From positions 64,001 to 128,000 of the forward strand of contig CAWJQC010000007.1 in assembly GCA_963844965.1 (NCBI GenBank): a stretch of 64,000 nt of DNA, given 5' to 3'. Source of the DNA: an uncultured bacterium (GTDB lineage Bacteria; Patescibacteriota; Minisyncoccia; UBA6257; 2-01-FULL-56-20). Below, in pieces: positions 28,088 through 38,029 of this stretch (position 1 is the stretch's first letter; each line of letters opens with the position of its first letter). The notes below the pieces were generated by a model. The model was not told the DNA's origin and made no database searches. It saw nothing but the letters and a program-made list of their open reading frames with translations. A program made the position numbers and the translations under genes.

Positions 28088-28831
28088 TTAGAATCGGGGC
28101 GTTCTTGTTTGGTGCCAGGCGCGCAATTTTTTCCAGGCGAGCTTTAATATCTTCGTTTCGTCAGTGACGTCAGTGAACGGTATTGGAAAAGCGTTGAGTA
28201 CGATAAGGAAGATAGAGAAGAATCCTCCAATAATTAGCCACACAACAATATTGCCGTAGTCAGGGGCGGATGTCCCTGCGGCGTGCGCGGTAGTGGTTGT
28301 GACGGCGTTGTGGTGGATTATAAAAGCGCAGAAGGTGTAGTAGGAGAGAAGTCCGGCGGCTATCGGGCCAAGAAGCGGCAATACGTAGGCACAGAATATT
28401 TTTGAGAAAATAATCAATACGGAAATTACCGCGCAGCTCGCGGCGGCAATTATCATAAACCACTGGTTTTTTGGACAGTAGCCGATAAGGAAAGCGGCGG
28501 AAAGCAAGGTTATTCCGAATACAATATTTGCTAACATGCCGGCTCCGTGAAAAAGAGCAGCGTCTTTGTATGCGAGTTTCCCGAATTTCTCTGTGGTATC
28601 GGGCGACGTTTCAAGGTTGATTCCAACGAAAAATAGTGGATTTATTGTTATCGGATATTTGCGGAATTTCAGCTGCAAGGAGGGGAGCCATTTTATTTTC
28701 ATGCCTAAGCCGATTTTCACTATTTTTATGCCGAGATTGCGCATGGCAAGCCAATGTCCAGTTTCGTGTACGGCGGCAACCAAAGCGATCAAAAAGACAG
28801 TAGAAATAATGGGTAACACAGCAGCCTCCAC
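28088..28831 (-). CDS. Site-2 protease family membrane metalloprotease (M50)
   Basis: HETGHWL zinc-binding HExxH within a transmembrane helix; polytopic. Confidence 0.75.
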   Translation of the reverse strand: MEAAVLPIISTVFLIALVAAVHETGHWLAMRNLGIKIVKIGLGMKIKWLPSLQLKFRKYPITINPLFFVGINLETSPDTTEKFGKLAYKDAALFHGAGMLANIVFGITLLSAAFLIGYCPKNQWFMIIAAASCAVISVLIIFSKIFCAYVLPLLGPIAAGLLSYYTFCAFIIHHNAVTTTTAHAAGTSAPDYGNIVVWLIIGGFFSIFLIVLNAFPIPFTDVTDETKILKLAWKKLRAWHQTRTPRF

Positions 28832-28967
28832 ATAAAATATAAAAGCAACGCTGTTTTATTTATACAGCAGGCGCGATTTTTTGTATAGTCGACGGTTTAT
28901 CGGTGGCAAGCGATCAGCCACGGGTAGTTGTGCGGCAGGCGCGATTCTTCCGGCGCGGTATCTTTGG

Positions 28968-31274
28968 TTAGGAAGTATATTTGGCCAGATTTTCGTCGCC
29001 GATTTTCGCCACGGCCTCGTCTATTTCGCAAACGCCGCCGACGCACGCCAATTCTTTCTTTACGTCCGTTTCATCATCTTTCTCGTAGAGAAGGATCTGC
29101 GAGAAATCTATCTCGGGCATTTTCGCTGCCATTTCTTCGTACCTCTCTTTCGTGATCTCTTCGTACGGCGCGAGAAGGTAAGAATGGTCGTCGCGCGGCA
29201 GGAAAGAAAGTCCGCCGATTATTTCCCAATTGTCGTAGACCCAGTTCGCAACTCCGATCCATTCTTTATCGCCGACGGAAATGGTCACCGAAGGATTGTG
29301 CTCCGTGTAATTCACCTTCACTTTTTTCCAGTAGTCCAGTTGTTCAAGCGCGGTGAGGTCGTCTTTCACGACGGCTCCTTCCGGCGACTTTATGGGGAAT
29401 TCAATCACGAAAGTGTTTGCCGCGTTCGTTGATTGTCCGACTTCCGGATAGTAGGGGATCTTCTGGTCCTTGAGCATTTGGAAGAGAGCGTCGGTGGAAG
29501 CGATGCGCACGCGCCGGATGTAATACTTGGAGTGACGCGGATGGAGGCCGGAAGAGGCGTCAACGGTTTGCGAAAGATTTCCGGATGGTTTGATGCAGGT
29601 GATCGCGGCGGAGGGGTTGATGCCGAACCTCGCTGCATATTCCTTATTGACTTCAATGGCGCGATTCAGCAGTTTGCGGAGCGTTTGTTCGTTCCTCACT
29701 GCTTCGCAATCCCATTGGCCGGTGATGGAGACACCAAGGAGTCGCTCCTCGTCGCAGTGTTTTTTCCATTCGCTTGAAAGGAAAGGAAAGTTTGTGAGCG
29801 TTGACTGGTATGTCCCCAAAATCGTGGCCAAGCTGATTTTTTTGAGCAGGGTTTCTTCGGTGTCCTTGGCGCGGGCGACAACTTCCGACAGATTGCAGAA
29901 TTCCTTCGGCTCAAGAAGTATTTCGCCGCAGGGATTTGTACCGATTTTTGAGATATAGGGTTTTATTGTTTTGCGGCGACGCTCGGGAATTTGGTTTAAG
30001 ATGCTACCGCGGTTGAATATGCCGCGCTCGCCCGTGCCGCTTCTCGCCAAGGCGAGCCATTCTTCCAAGAATTGCGTCGCGCTCGGCTTTTCGGTATAGA
30101 CGGCGGAGTTGTTGGCCATGGAGCGCTGCGGTTCTGTGATGTAGAATTGTCCTTTTTTCGCGTCGCGCATTAGTGGATCGTCCAGATCGGAGAGGGAGAT
30201 CATCGCGCTCCTTCGCACGCCGCCCGACACCACGACTTCGCCGATCTTGCAGATGATGTCGTGGACGTCAATGTTCGAGAGCCGCTTGTTCTGGTTAGCC
30301 AAAATTTTGCGGCGGGTGAAATCCAAGAGCGCGCGCAACGGTTCCGGTCCAGAACTTTTGCCTCCCATGGTCTTAAGGCGAGCTCCCGCCGGCCGGAGTT
30401 TTGAATAGTCAAATGTGATATCTTTGCCGCCGAACCAAGCTTTGAGGCCGAACGTGAGTGCTCCGCACCATCCTTCCTTGCTGTCCTCTATAATGTGGGT
30501 CGGCAATTTTTTTCCGGTTTGTTTTTTTATTTGCGGGAGTTGCTGGACTGATTGGCTTTCAACGCTGAAGCCCGCGCCGGTGCCGCACATGGAGATGTAC
30601 ATGATCTCAGCGAAGTCCTCGAGCTTCTCCGGCGTTATGAATGAGCAATTGAAAGCGGCGACGTTCGTCGCGCGCGCCGCGCGGCCCGCGAATTGCAGAA
30701 GCCGCATTGAAGGCATCGCTTCCTGACGGAGAATTCCTTCGCGCAATTCCGCGTATTCATCGTCGTTGAGCTTCCCTCCAAGATTTTCTTTCATGAAGTT
30801 CATGTAGCGGTCAACGGTCTCTATCCAGGTTTCGCGGCGGCCTTCCTCGTCTACCCAACGGGAGTAGGTGCGGTAATACACGAACTCGGCGAGCTGATTT
30901 CTGAAATATTTTTTGCTTTCGGCGGCAAGGTGCGCGACGTGTTCCGGGATCTGTCTCCTTTGTTCCCTGATTTCGGCGCGCTTTTTTCTGTATAAGATGT
31001 AGGCTTTCGCGGTTTTGGCGAAGTCCATCATCACGAGCTGTTCCTCAACGACATCCTGTATCTCTTCAATGGAGGGAACATGGTCTTTGTCAATTTTTTT
31101 TGCGAGCGAACTTATCACCTGGTCGGCGACTTTCTCCGCGTCGTCCTTCGGATCGCCTTCCTGAGCCGCCTGCATCGCGCGCGAAACTGCGCTTACTATT
31201 CTCGTTTGATCAAAAGGCGCGATTCTCCCATCGCGCTTTCTTACTTCCGTGAACGGAAACTTCTTGAAGAGCAT
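28968..31274 (-). CDS. nrdJ: Class II (adenosylcobalamin-dependent) ribonucleotide reductase with an N-terminal ATP-cone
   Basis: ATP-cone (KRDGRIAPFDQTRIVSAV), a monomeric ~770-aa RNR with active-site Cys segments (NPCGEI) and a C-terminal Cys pair (CVGGVC). Confidence 0.85.
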   Translation of the reverse strand: MLFKKFPFTEVRKRDGRIAPFDQTRIVSAVSRAMQAAQEGDPKDDAEKVADQVISSLAKKIDKDHVPSIEEIQDVVEEQLVMMDFAKTAKAYILYRKKRAEIREQRRQIPEHVAHLAAESKKYFRNQLAEFVYYRTYSRWVDEEGRRETWIETVDRYMNFMKENLGGKLNDDEYAELREGILRQEAMPSMRLLQFAGRAARATNVAAFNCSFITPEKLEDFAEIMYISMCGTGAGFSVESQSVQQLPQIKKQTGKKLPTHIIEDSKEGWCGALTFGLKAWFGGKDITFDYSKLRPAGARLKTMGGKSSGPEPLRALLDFTRRKILANQNKRLSNIDVHDIICKIGEVVVSGGVRRSAMISLSDLDDPLMRDAKKGQFYITEPQRSMANNSAVYTEKPSATQFLEEWLALARSGTGERGIFNRGSILNQIPERRRKTIKPYISKIGTNPCGEILLEPKEFCNLSEVVARAKDTEETLLKKISLATILGTYQSTLTNFPFLSSEWKKHCDEERLLGVSITGQWDCEAVRNEQTLRKLLNRAIEVNKEYAARFGINPSAAITCIKPSGNLSQTVDASSGLHPRHSKYYIRRVRIASTDALFQMLKDQKIPYYPEVGQSTNAANTFVIEFPIKSPEGAVVKDDLTALEQLDYWKKVKVNYTEHNPSVTISVGDKEWIGVANWVYDNWEIIGGLSFLPRDDHSYLLAPYEEITKERYEEMAAKMPEIDFSQILLYEKDDETDVKKELACVGGVCEIDEAVAKIGDENLAKYTS

Positions 31275-31398
31275 GGTGATAACGATAAATCTGTTTTTTC
31301 AACCCAATATGATTTTAGCACGTCAAGCTATCCGCTTTTCACGGAAACTGGGGATAACTTTCGCCTGGATATTGAAGTCCGGCTCGGATCCGGGAAAT

Positions 31399-31415
31399 TT
31401 TTACCCCAGATACAC
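31399..31415. promoter_or_regulatory. 17-bp palindrome ATACACA-TTT-TGTGTAT upstream of nrdJ, a candidate operator
   Basis: Perfect 7-bp arms, ~125 bp upstream of the ATP-cone RNR start. Its ACAC...GTGT ends recall NrdR boxes, but the spacing differs. Confidence 0.3.
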
Positions 31416-31598
31416 ATTTTGTGTATGGCATGAACCGTTCGCACTGCCATTTCAATGGAAATACGCTTGGAGGCGCTGGTAACTGATGTTTTTTGTCGGT
31501 GCGGTGATTTTTTTGGGGGCGTATTGACGCGAAGAGGCCGTCTTTGATAGGGTAGTGGTGATTTTATTTGGGATTCCGTGTGTTAGATTCCCGCGAAT

Positions 31599-33539
31599 AT
31601 GGACACTTTTGGCTTGGAAGAAGAAAAACAAAAGGAGAAAAATAGCCGCAGATTGCGATTCGTGCTTATTATTGTTGTGGTCGCCGCCGTTTTGGTGGTT
31701 GGCATATGCGGATTTATTTACGGATTTGACGTACCGGAGGCATTTTTGAGCAAAACCGCGGCTTTGACGCTTAATACGTTCCGTGATGTGCTTGGTTCGG
31801 GAGGCGGAGGAAAATTGGCCTTCGAGATTGACATGAGCGGCGAGCCGCAGTCGTCTTCGCCGCTGTCCGCGATTTCCGAAACGGCGTCATCCGGCGCCGT
31901 CCAAGATTACGCGAGCGGTGAAATGGTCTCCGTGTCTCAAATTTTGAATGCGAGCGGCGAAAAAAGCGCGGCTTTGGGCGGCTCCAACGGGGAATCGTCA
32001 TCAGCTTCTTCGCTTGGAGCGGGTTTCGGAAGCGATTCCGCGCCTTCCGACGCCACGGCAAAGACGTCTTCAGGTAAGTCGGCGAAAAATTCTTCGGCTC
32101 CAGCCACGTCTCTTTGCGGTTTTGCCTCGGCTGGTAGTCCGGCTCGTAAGGTTATCTTTAATGAAATTGCTTGGATGGGTTCCGCGCCGCAAGCCGGTGA
32201 AACCGCGGCTCACGCCGCGAACAGAGAGTGGATTGAACTCAAGAATATTTCCCGCGACGACATTGATCTGACCGGCTGGCAGATTTCGGACAGTTCGGGA
32301 AAATTTAAAGTTATTTTCGGCGCCGGAGATAAAATCGGCACTGGCGGTTCGGTCACGTTCAACGCTGGCGGATTTTACCTGCTTGAACGCGCGAGCGATA
32401 ATTCCGTGCCTGGGATCAAAGCGAACGAAATTTATTCGGGCGTTCTTACGAATTCCGGAATGAGTTTGCGCCTCTTCGGTGCGGATTGCACGCTCTCCGA
32501 TGAAATTGTAAACGCTTCCTCCGGTTGGGCTGCCGGGGATAATCCAACCAAAGCGACGATGGAGCGGAATGCCCACGATTTTGGCTGGCACACGAGTGTC
32601 TCTCCCGGCGGAACGCCCAAAGCGGAGAATTCTGTTCCAGCGGTTGTCGCAAGCGCAACTACAACCGCAAGTACCTCCACGATTACTGCAGCGACAACAA
32701 CGGCGGTGACGGTGACGACGACAACCGTTTCGGCGGCCACAACCACTCCGATTTCCTCAATCGTGTCCTATACGGTCGGCGTTTCGTCCCAGGGCGACGG
32801 CTCCGGTATGGTTATTTCCAGTCCGGTTGGAATTTATTGCGGCACGGATTGCGTGGAATCGTATATCTCGGGGACATTACTCACTCTCGCCGCCATGCCG
32901 GACAGCAATTCGGAATTTGCCGGCTGGTCCGGCCCCTGCAGCGGCACTGGCGTTTGTGTGTTTGCCGTGAACGGCACGACGGCGGTTGTTGGTATGTTCA
33001 AGTCGCTCGCGCCGTCTTCGCCAACGGCCTCGCAAAGTTCAGGCGATGATCAAAGTGGGGAGAATCCTACTTCAACTCCTGCCGTACCAGCTTCTGGCGG
33101 CATCGTTGTCAGCGAAATTTTTTATGATGCCGTGGGCAGCGACGCGGGAAAAGAATTCGTTGAACTTTACAACGGGGGCACTGCCGCCGTTGACCTTCCC
33201 GGCTGGTCGCTCAAGAACGGCACGAGCTCGCTTGTTTCAATAGGTTCAAAGACCGAGGACAAGACCAGCGTGAACGGCGGCGGATATTTCCTGATCGGCT
33301 TCAGCAGCTACAACTCAACGCCGCCGGCGGACGCCGTGCGCTCGGCTTCTTTGCCGAACACGACCACCACACTTACTTTTTACAATAAGGACGGTGGCAT
33401 TGTTGATTCCGTTACTTATCCTGCTTCTTGCTCAGGCTGCCTTTTGTCGGCCGGCCAAAGCTATGAACGCGATCCTCTTTCGGGTGACCAGTTTGTCGTA
33501 GAGCCTAATCCCAATCCGCAAAATTCCGGGAATTTATGA
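31599..33539 (+). CDS. Cell-surface protein with two lamin-tail domains (LTD) and an InlB B-repeat-like Cys domain
   Basis: VIFNEIAWMGS...EWIELKN and IVVSEIFYDAVGS...EFVELYN are LTD signatures. GWSGPCSGTGVC is a B-repeat. The N-terminus has a transmembrane anchor. Confidence 0.75.
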   Translation: MDTFGLEEEKQKEKNSRRLRFVLIIVVVAAVLVVGICGFIYGFDVPEAFLSKTAALTLNTFRDVLGSGGGGKLAFEIDMSGEPQSSSPLSAISETASSGAVQDYASGEMVSVSQILNASGEKSAALGGSNGESSSASSLGAGFGSDSAPSDATAKTSSGKSAKNSSAPATSLCGFASAGSPARKVIFNEIAWMGSAPQAGETAAHAANREWIELKNISRDDIDLTGWQISDSSGKFKVIFGAGDKIGTGGSVTFNAGGFYLLERASDNSVPGIKANEIYSGVLTNSGMSLRLFGADCTLSDEIVNASSGWAAGDNPTKATMERNAHDFGWHTSVSPGGTPKAENSVPAVVASATTTASTSTITAATTTAVTVTTTTVSAATTTPISSIVSYTVGVSSQGDGSGMVISSPVGIYCGTDCVESYISGTLLTLAAMPDSNSEFAGWSGPCSGTGVCVFAVNGTTAVVGMFKSLAPSSPTASQSSGDDQSGENPTSTPAVPASGGIVVSEIFYDAVGSDAGKEFVELYNGGTAAVDLPGWSLKNGTSSLVSIGSKTEDKTSVNGGGYFLIGFSSYNSTPPADAVRSASLPNTTTTLTFYNKDGGIVDSVTYPASCSGCLLSAGQSYERDPLSGDQFVVEPNPNPQNSGNL

Positions 33540-33722
33540 CCTCGCGAAATCTCGCGAGAGGGAGATCAAACCAGCCGCCACTCATCCCACGCGTACTTTT
33601 GGTATGTGTGGTTAATCGACTAACAGAAAATTTTGTGATAGATTAAAAGGTGTAGTTTTCGCGGTTCACAGAGTTTTGCCATTCCTCGCGTCACCTTGAG
33701 CCCGCCGCCAATAATTTATAAG

Positions 33723-34436
33723 ATGAACACGCAAAATTTGGACAAGTCCGGGATATGCTTCATCATTCTGCACGGTTTCGCTTCAGATCCCGATCCGCTC
33801 AAGCCTATAAAAAGTTATCTTGAGAAGATCGGATGCGCGGCGATAGCGACAAATTTTTGGGGCGACGGCGTCGTATCCGATTTTTCCAAGTTGAGAATTG
33901 AGCCGTGCATTGAGAATCTTGATTCTTTGGTCAAAAAAGTCAGGAGCAAATGCCGACTTGTGGTTGGTGTCGGTATAAGCCTCGGCGGTTCAATATTGAT
34001 TGAATACGCCAAAAATCATTCAGAATTGGATTATATCGTGAGCGTTGGGACGCCGTTCAGATTAAAGAACAGAAAATTAATATCTATCGGCCTTTTTTTG
34101 CTTCCCATCATCAATCCTGTGTGGAATTTAATAGATAAAATAAAAATATTGAGGTTGCCTCCAATCGGTGCCTCAAAAACAGTTGTGAATTTTTTGGAGA
34201 GGCAATGTTTGGAAAATTTGGACAAAGTAAAGACACCCCTTCTCTTCCTCCATAGCTGCAAGGATCCCATAGCCGATTACAGAGCGGTAGGCGAGTACGC
34301 GGAAAAAATTTTGAACGCGCCCAAAAAGATAATTTTATTTGAGAACGGGAGCCACGAGATAAATTACGATTCGGAAACCATATGCGAGAATATAATGAAA
34401 TTCGTCGGGCTGACGCGAAACGTCAACCGGAAATGA
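33723..34436 (+). CDS. Alpha/beta hydrolase
   Basis: HGF oxyanion motif and GISLGG nucleophile elbow. Confidence 0.7.
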   Translation: MNTQNLDKSGICFIILHGFASDPDPLKPIKSYLEKIGCAAIATNFWGDGVVSDFSKLRIEPCIENLDSLVKKVRSKCRLVVGVGISLGGSILIEYAKNHSELDYIVSVGTPFRLKNRKLISIGLFLLPIINPVWNLIDKIKILRLPPIGASKTVVNFLERQCLENLDKVKTPLLFLHSCKDPIADYRAVGEYAEKILNAPKKIILFENGSHEINYDSETICENIMKFVGLTRNVNRK

Positions 34437-34508
34437 CGCATTTCAGATTCTGGTTGCGGCTGGTCGTTTCGCATTTTTGTATCATGGGCGCGAGAGGTTA
34501 TAATAATA

Positions 34509-35234
34509 GTGATGCTTGAGATAAAAAATCTCGTAAAAAAGTTCGGTCCGGTGGGGGCGGTGAACAAAGTGACGCTTAACGTGAAAGCCGGAGAAATTTA
34601 TGCACTGATTGGGCCGAACGGTTCCGGAAAGACCACGCTTATAAAAACCGTCGCCGGACTTCTGCGGCCGACGGCGGGCGAGGTGCGCGTCGGCGGGGCG
34701 GATGTGAAAAAGGATCCCGCCGCGACAAAACAGCTGATAGGCTATGTTCCGGACGAACCGTCCGTCTGGCCGGCGATGACCGGGGAGGAGTTTTTGCATT
34801 TCACGGGCGCGCTTTTCGGAGTCGCGGAGAACGAACGCGCGAAAAAAATAAGCGGGTTGCTCAAAATTTTCGGCTTGGAAGGAATAGAAAAGGGGTATTT
34901 TGAGGATTATTCCCGCGGCAACAAGCAGAAGTTCACAATTATCGCGGCACTGCTCCATAAACCGAAACTGCTTCTGGTTGACGAACCGATCGTAGGCCTT
35001 GACCCGACATCCGCCGAGGTCGCGAAAAACGAATTCAAGAAATTCGCCGCCGGAGGCGGCGCCGTGCTTCTCGCGACTCACACGCTTCCCGTGGCGCAGG
35101 AGATCGCGGACACTATCGGCGTCTTGAGGGAAGGAAAACTTCTTGCTTCGGCGCCCTTCCCGAAACTCGTTTCGCGGGCCAGGCTCGGGCGTAGCGCCTC
35201 GCTTGAGGATGTGTACCTCGTGCTCACAAAATAA
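34509..35234 (+). CDS. ABC transporter ATP-binding protein
   Basis: GPNGSGKTT Walker A, LSGGQ-like signature, and LLVDEP Walker B. Confidence 0.9.
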   Translation: MMLEIKNLVKKFGPVGAVNKVTLNVKAGEIYALIGPNGSGKTTLIKTVAGLLRPTAGEVRVGGADVKKDPAATKQLIGYVPDEPSVWPAMTGEEFLHFTGALFGVAENERAKKISGLLKIFGLEGIEKGYFEDYSRGNKQKFTIIAALLHKPKLLLVDEPIVGLDPTSAEVAKNEFKKFAAGGGAVLLATHTLPVAQEIADTIGVLREGKLLASAPFPKLVSRARLGRSASLEDVYLVLTK

Positions 35235-36919
35235 TGTTCGCTTATTTACTTCGTTTCCGGTTTTTACAGGCCCGCCGTTATTTCAAAAACAGGCGCCTCG
35301 CCAAGGCCATAACGGCCTTGATCTTCCTCGCAGTCATATTCCTTGTGGCGGTCGGCATCTACGTTTTTTTCCGCTGGGAGTTCCGGCTCACGTCCGCGGA
35401 CCAGTATCTGAAATCCGCCCTGCCTCTCTATCTCTTTGAGTGGCTTTTCTTCGTTGTTTTCGCTCTCGTCGCGGCGAGTGCCTTCGTTACCGGCCTCTTC
35501 ACGCTTTTCCGCGGTGAGAACGACGGCTGGCTCATCGCCTCGCCGAAATTCAAAACTGTTTTCTGGAGCGCTTACGCGAGAATTTTTCTTTCCTCCGTCT
35601 GGCCGCTTTTGATCGTTGCCCTGCCTGCCTTCCTCGGTTTCCGCGCCTCATACAATATCGGACTCGCGGGAATTGCGCTCGGACTTTTGGCAATGGTGTT
35701 TTTGGTCGGATTCGCCGTTTCGCTCGCGGTTTTTATCGTGATGCTTTGCGCGTATATCTTGTCCGTTCCGTCAAAGAAAAATTTTTTGACCATTGGGCGG
35801 GTCGCGCTTCTCGTCGCGCTTATTTTCGTGGCATTCGTTTTCTTCGCCTGGCAGAGGATCGGAACGGCGGATATTTTGAAACTGTTCGCGCCGGTCAGTC
35901 CGTCGTGGAATTTCTCCCGTACAGATGTTATTCTCGGGCAGTTCAGGATTTTCCCGTCGCATCTTGTTGCGCTCACCCTTTTCGCTTTGCAAAATAATCT
36001 GGTGGGTGAGGCGTTTCTCGCGGTTATCCAGCTCGGTGTTATGTTTATTTTGGGATTTCTTCTCGTATGGATTTCGTCCCTGACATATCTGGAGTTGTGG
36101 CAAATTTTGCGCGAGGGGCATCTTCAGGCGAAAACTGCGGTGCGCGGAGTGAGAACGGGGCCGGTTCGCTTCCCGCGGTATTTGAAGAGTCCGCTCGGCG
36201 CGTTCTTTGAAAAGGAAGCGCTCGTCAACTTCCGCGAACTTCGGAACGTCCTTTGGTTCGGTTTTCTCTTTTTCCTCTGGCTCGTGCAGGTGGCGGCCGG
36301 GTTTTTCATCCGCCGCAACATGGTTCATTACGGGACAAGCCAGCTCGCGTCCGTGGCTTTGCTTGAAGCGCTGGAAATAGTCGTCGCGGTTTATTTCGCG
36401 AGCGCCTTCGTTCTGCGCTTCGCTTTTCCTTCGTTCAGCACGGAGCGCAAGACCGCCTGGATCTTCGGCAGCGCGCCTTTGAAGCTTGAAAAAGTTTTTT
36501 TGGCAAAACTTTTGTTTTACGGAGCGGTTTTCATGGCGATGGGGTTAGCCGTGGGCGCCGCGAATTCCTTCATCATCGGCGTTCCTCTCGCGGATGCGGT
36601 GCTATTCCTCTTTTTTGTCGCGCTCGCTATCGCTTTTGTCACCACATTCGGGCTTTGCATGGGAACAGTTTACCCGAATTTTGACACCGACGACCCGGAA
36701 GTTCTGAGCACGTCGCTTGCCGGCCTCGGATTCATTTTCGGCTCGCTCATATACGGCGGCGCGGGCTCGCTTGCGTTCTATGTGTTCCTCGCGGGCGGCG
36801 GCCCGCTTGGCCTCGTCGCTTTCGGAATTTTATCCGTCCTCGGCATCGCGGTGCTTTTGGATTGGGCGTTCCGCTCGCTCCGCACATTTGAATTCGTGAA
36901 AGAAATTTCGGCAGGTTGA
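35234..36919 (+). CDS. Polytopic membrane protein, putative permease partner of the upstream ABC ATPase
   Basis: At least ten hydrophobic helices. Its start codon overlaps the ATPase stop. Confidence 0.6.
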   Translation: MFAYLLRFRFLQARRYFKNRRLAKAITALIFLAVIFLVAVGIYVFFRWEFRLTSADQYLKSALPLYLFEWLFFVVFALVAASAFVTGLFTLFRGENDGWLIASPKFKTVFWSAYARIFLSSVWPLLIVALPAFLGFRASYNIGLAGIALGLLAMVFLVGFAVSLAVFIVMLCAYILSVPSKKNFLTIGRVALLVALIFVAFVFFAWQRIGTADILKLFAPVSPSWNFSRTDVILGQFRIFPSHLVALTLFALQNNLVGEAFLAVIQLGVMFILGFLLVWISSLTYLELWQILREGHLQAKTAVRGVRTGPVRFPRYLKSPLGAFFEKEALVNFRELRNVLWFGFLFFLWLVQVAAGFFIRRNMVHYGTSQLASVALLEALEIVVAVYFASAFVLRFAFPSFSTERKTAWIFGSAPLKLEKVFLAKLLFYGAVFMAMGLAVGAANSFIIGVPLADAVLFLFFVALAIAFVTTFGLCMGTVYPNFDTDDPEVLSTSLAGLGFIFGSLIYGGAGSLAFYVFLAGGGPLGLVAFGILSVLGIAVLLDWAFRSLRTFEFVKEISAG

Positions 36920-37001
36920 TTTTGAGCCGGAAAGGGCAATAATGCAGTGGAGATTTGCGGTTGAGGAAATTTAAAAAGTATGATAAAATAAGAACAACGG
37001 G

Positions 37002-38027
37002 ATGGATAAAAAACAGATTATACAATATATAGAAGGCGCGCGGCACTCGCGCATTATAACCTACCTTACGAGCGACAGGCAGGGGCCGTTTAACGCGCGG
37101 ATAGCGATGGACATTGTGCCGCTTGTGAGCAAACAGCTTCGGAATATAGGGAAAACGCAGAATATAGACCTTTACCTTTATAGTGTGGGCGGGGATACGA
37201 TGGCGCCGTGGCGGCTGGTGTCTATGATCCGCGAATATTGCGACAAATTTTCCGTGCTGGTGCCATATAAAGCGCACAGTGCGGCAACGATGGTTGCGCT
37301 TGGAGCGGATGAAATTGTGATGAGCGACCTTTCGGAGCTTTCGCCGATTGATCCCTCCACCGCGAACGTTTTCAATCCGATTGACCCGGCGAATCCGCAA
37401 AATCGCATTCCGATTTCGGTTGAGGATGTGATGGCATATTTTGAACTGGCAAAAAATAAATTCGGCATAAAAAGCGACGAAGATTTAGCCCGCATATTTA
37501 TGAAATTCGTTGAAGCCAATCCGCAAATTCATCCGCTCGCGCTTGGAAACGTAAACCGCATCCATAACCTTATTCGTATCCTTGCGAAGCGGTTGATCAA
37601 AAGCCACAAAACGCCGCTCAAAGAAGAAGAGGTGGAAAAAATCGTTGATTACTTCACCGAAAAATTATATTCTCACCAGTATTTCATCGGTAGAAAAGAA
37701 GCGAAAGACGATTTGGGGCTTAAAACCGTCGTTGACGCCGACGCCAATCTTTCCAAAGCGATGTCCGACCTCCTGGAGGAATACAACAAAGATTTGGATT
37801 TTGGGAAAATCTGGAATCCCGAAGGCGAATTGGGCGCGAACGCCGTGCAGACCCGAAAGGATTATAAAATTGCCTACATTGAGAGCCGCCAGCTTTCAAA
37901 TTATTATGATATCTCCGTTGAGTACAGAAAACAGCAGGTAAATATGGTCCAACAAACGCCGCAAGGACCAATTCAGGTTCCGCAGGAACAAGTCGGGTTC
38001 AAAATCATCGGGCAAGGGTGGAAATAG
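37002..38027 (+). CDS. ClpP-fold (SDH / S49-like) serine peptidase
   Basis: ClpP/crotonase-fold core LYLYSVGGDTMAPWRLV...YKAHSAATMVALGADEIVMS. No ATPase domain. Confidence 0.6.
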   Translation: MDKKQIIQYIEGARHSRIITYLTSDRQGPFNARIAMDIVPLVSKQLRNIGKTQNIDLYLYSVGGDTMAPWRLVSMIREYCDKFSVLVPYKAHSAATMVALGADEIVMSDLSELSPIDPSTANVFNPIDPANPQNRIPISVEDVMAYFELAKNKFGIKSDEDLARIFMKFVEANPQIHPLALGNVNRIHNLIRILAKRLIKSHKTPLKEEEVEKIVDYFTEKLYSHQYFIGRKEAKDDLGLKTVVDADANLSKAMSDLLEEYNKDLDFGKIWNPEGELGANAVQTRKDYKIAYIESRQLSNYYDISVEYRKQQVNMVQQTPQGPIQVPQEQVGFKIIGQGWK

Positions 38028-38029
38028 CC

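Noticed and set aside
28881-29432. 183-aa plus-strand ORF
   Set aside because: It lies entirely inside the well-supported nrdJ gene on the opposite strand, is Arg-rich, and has no domain signal.
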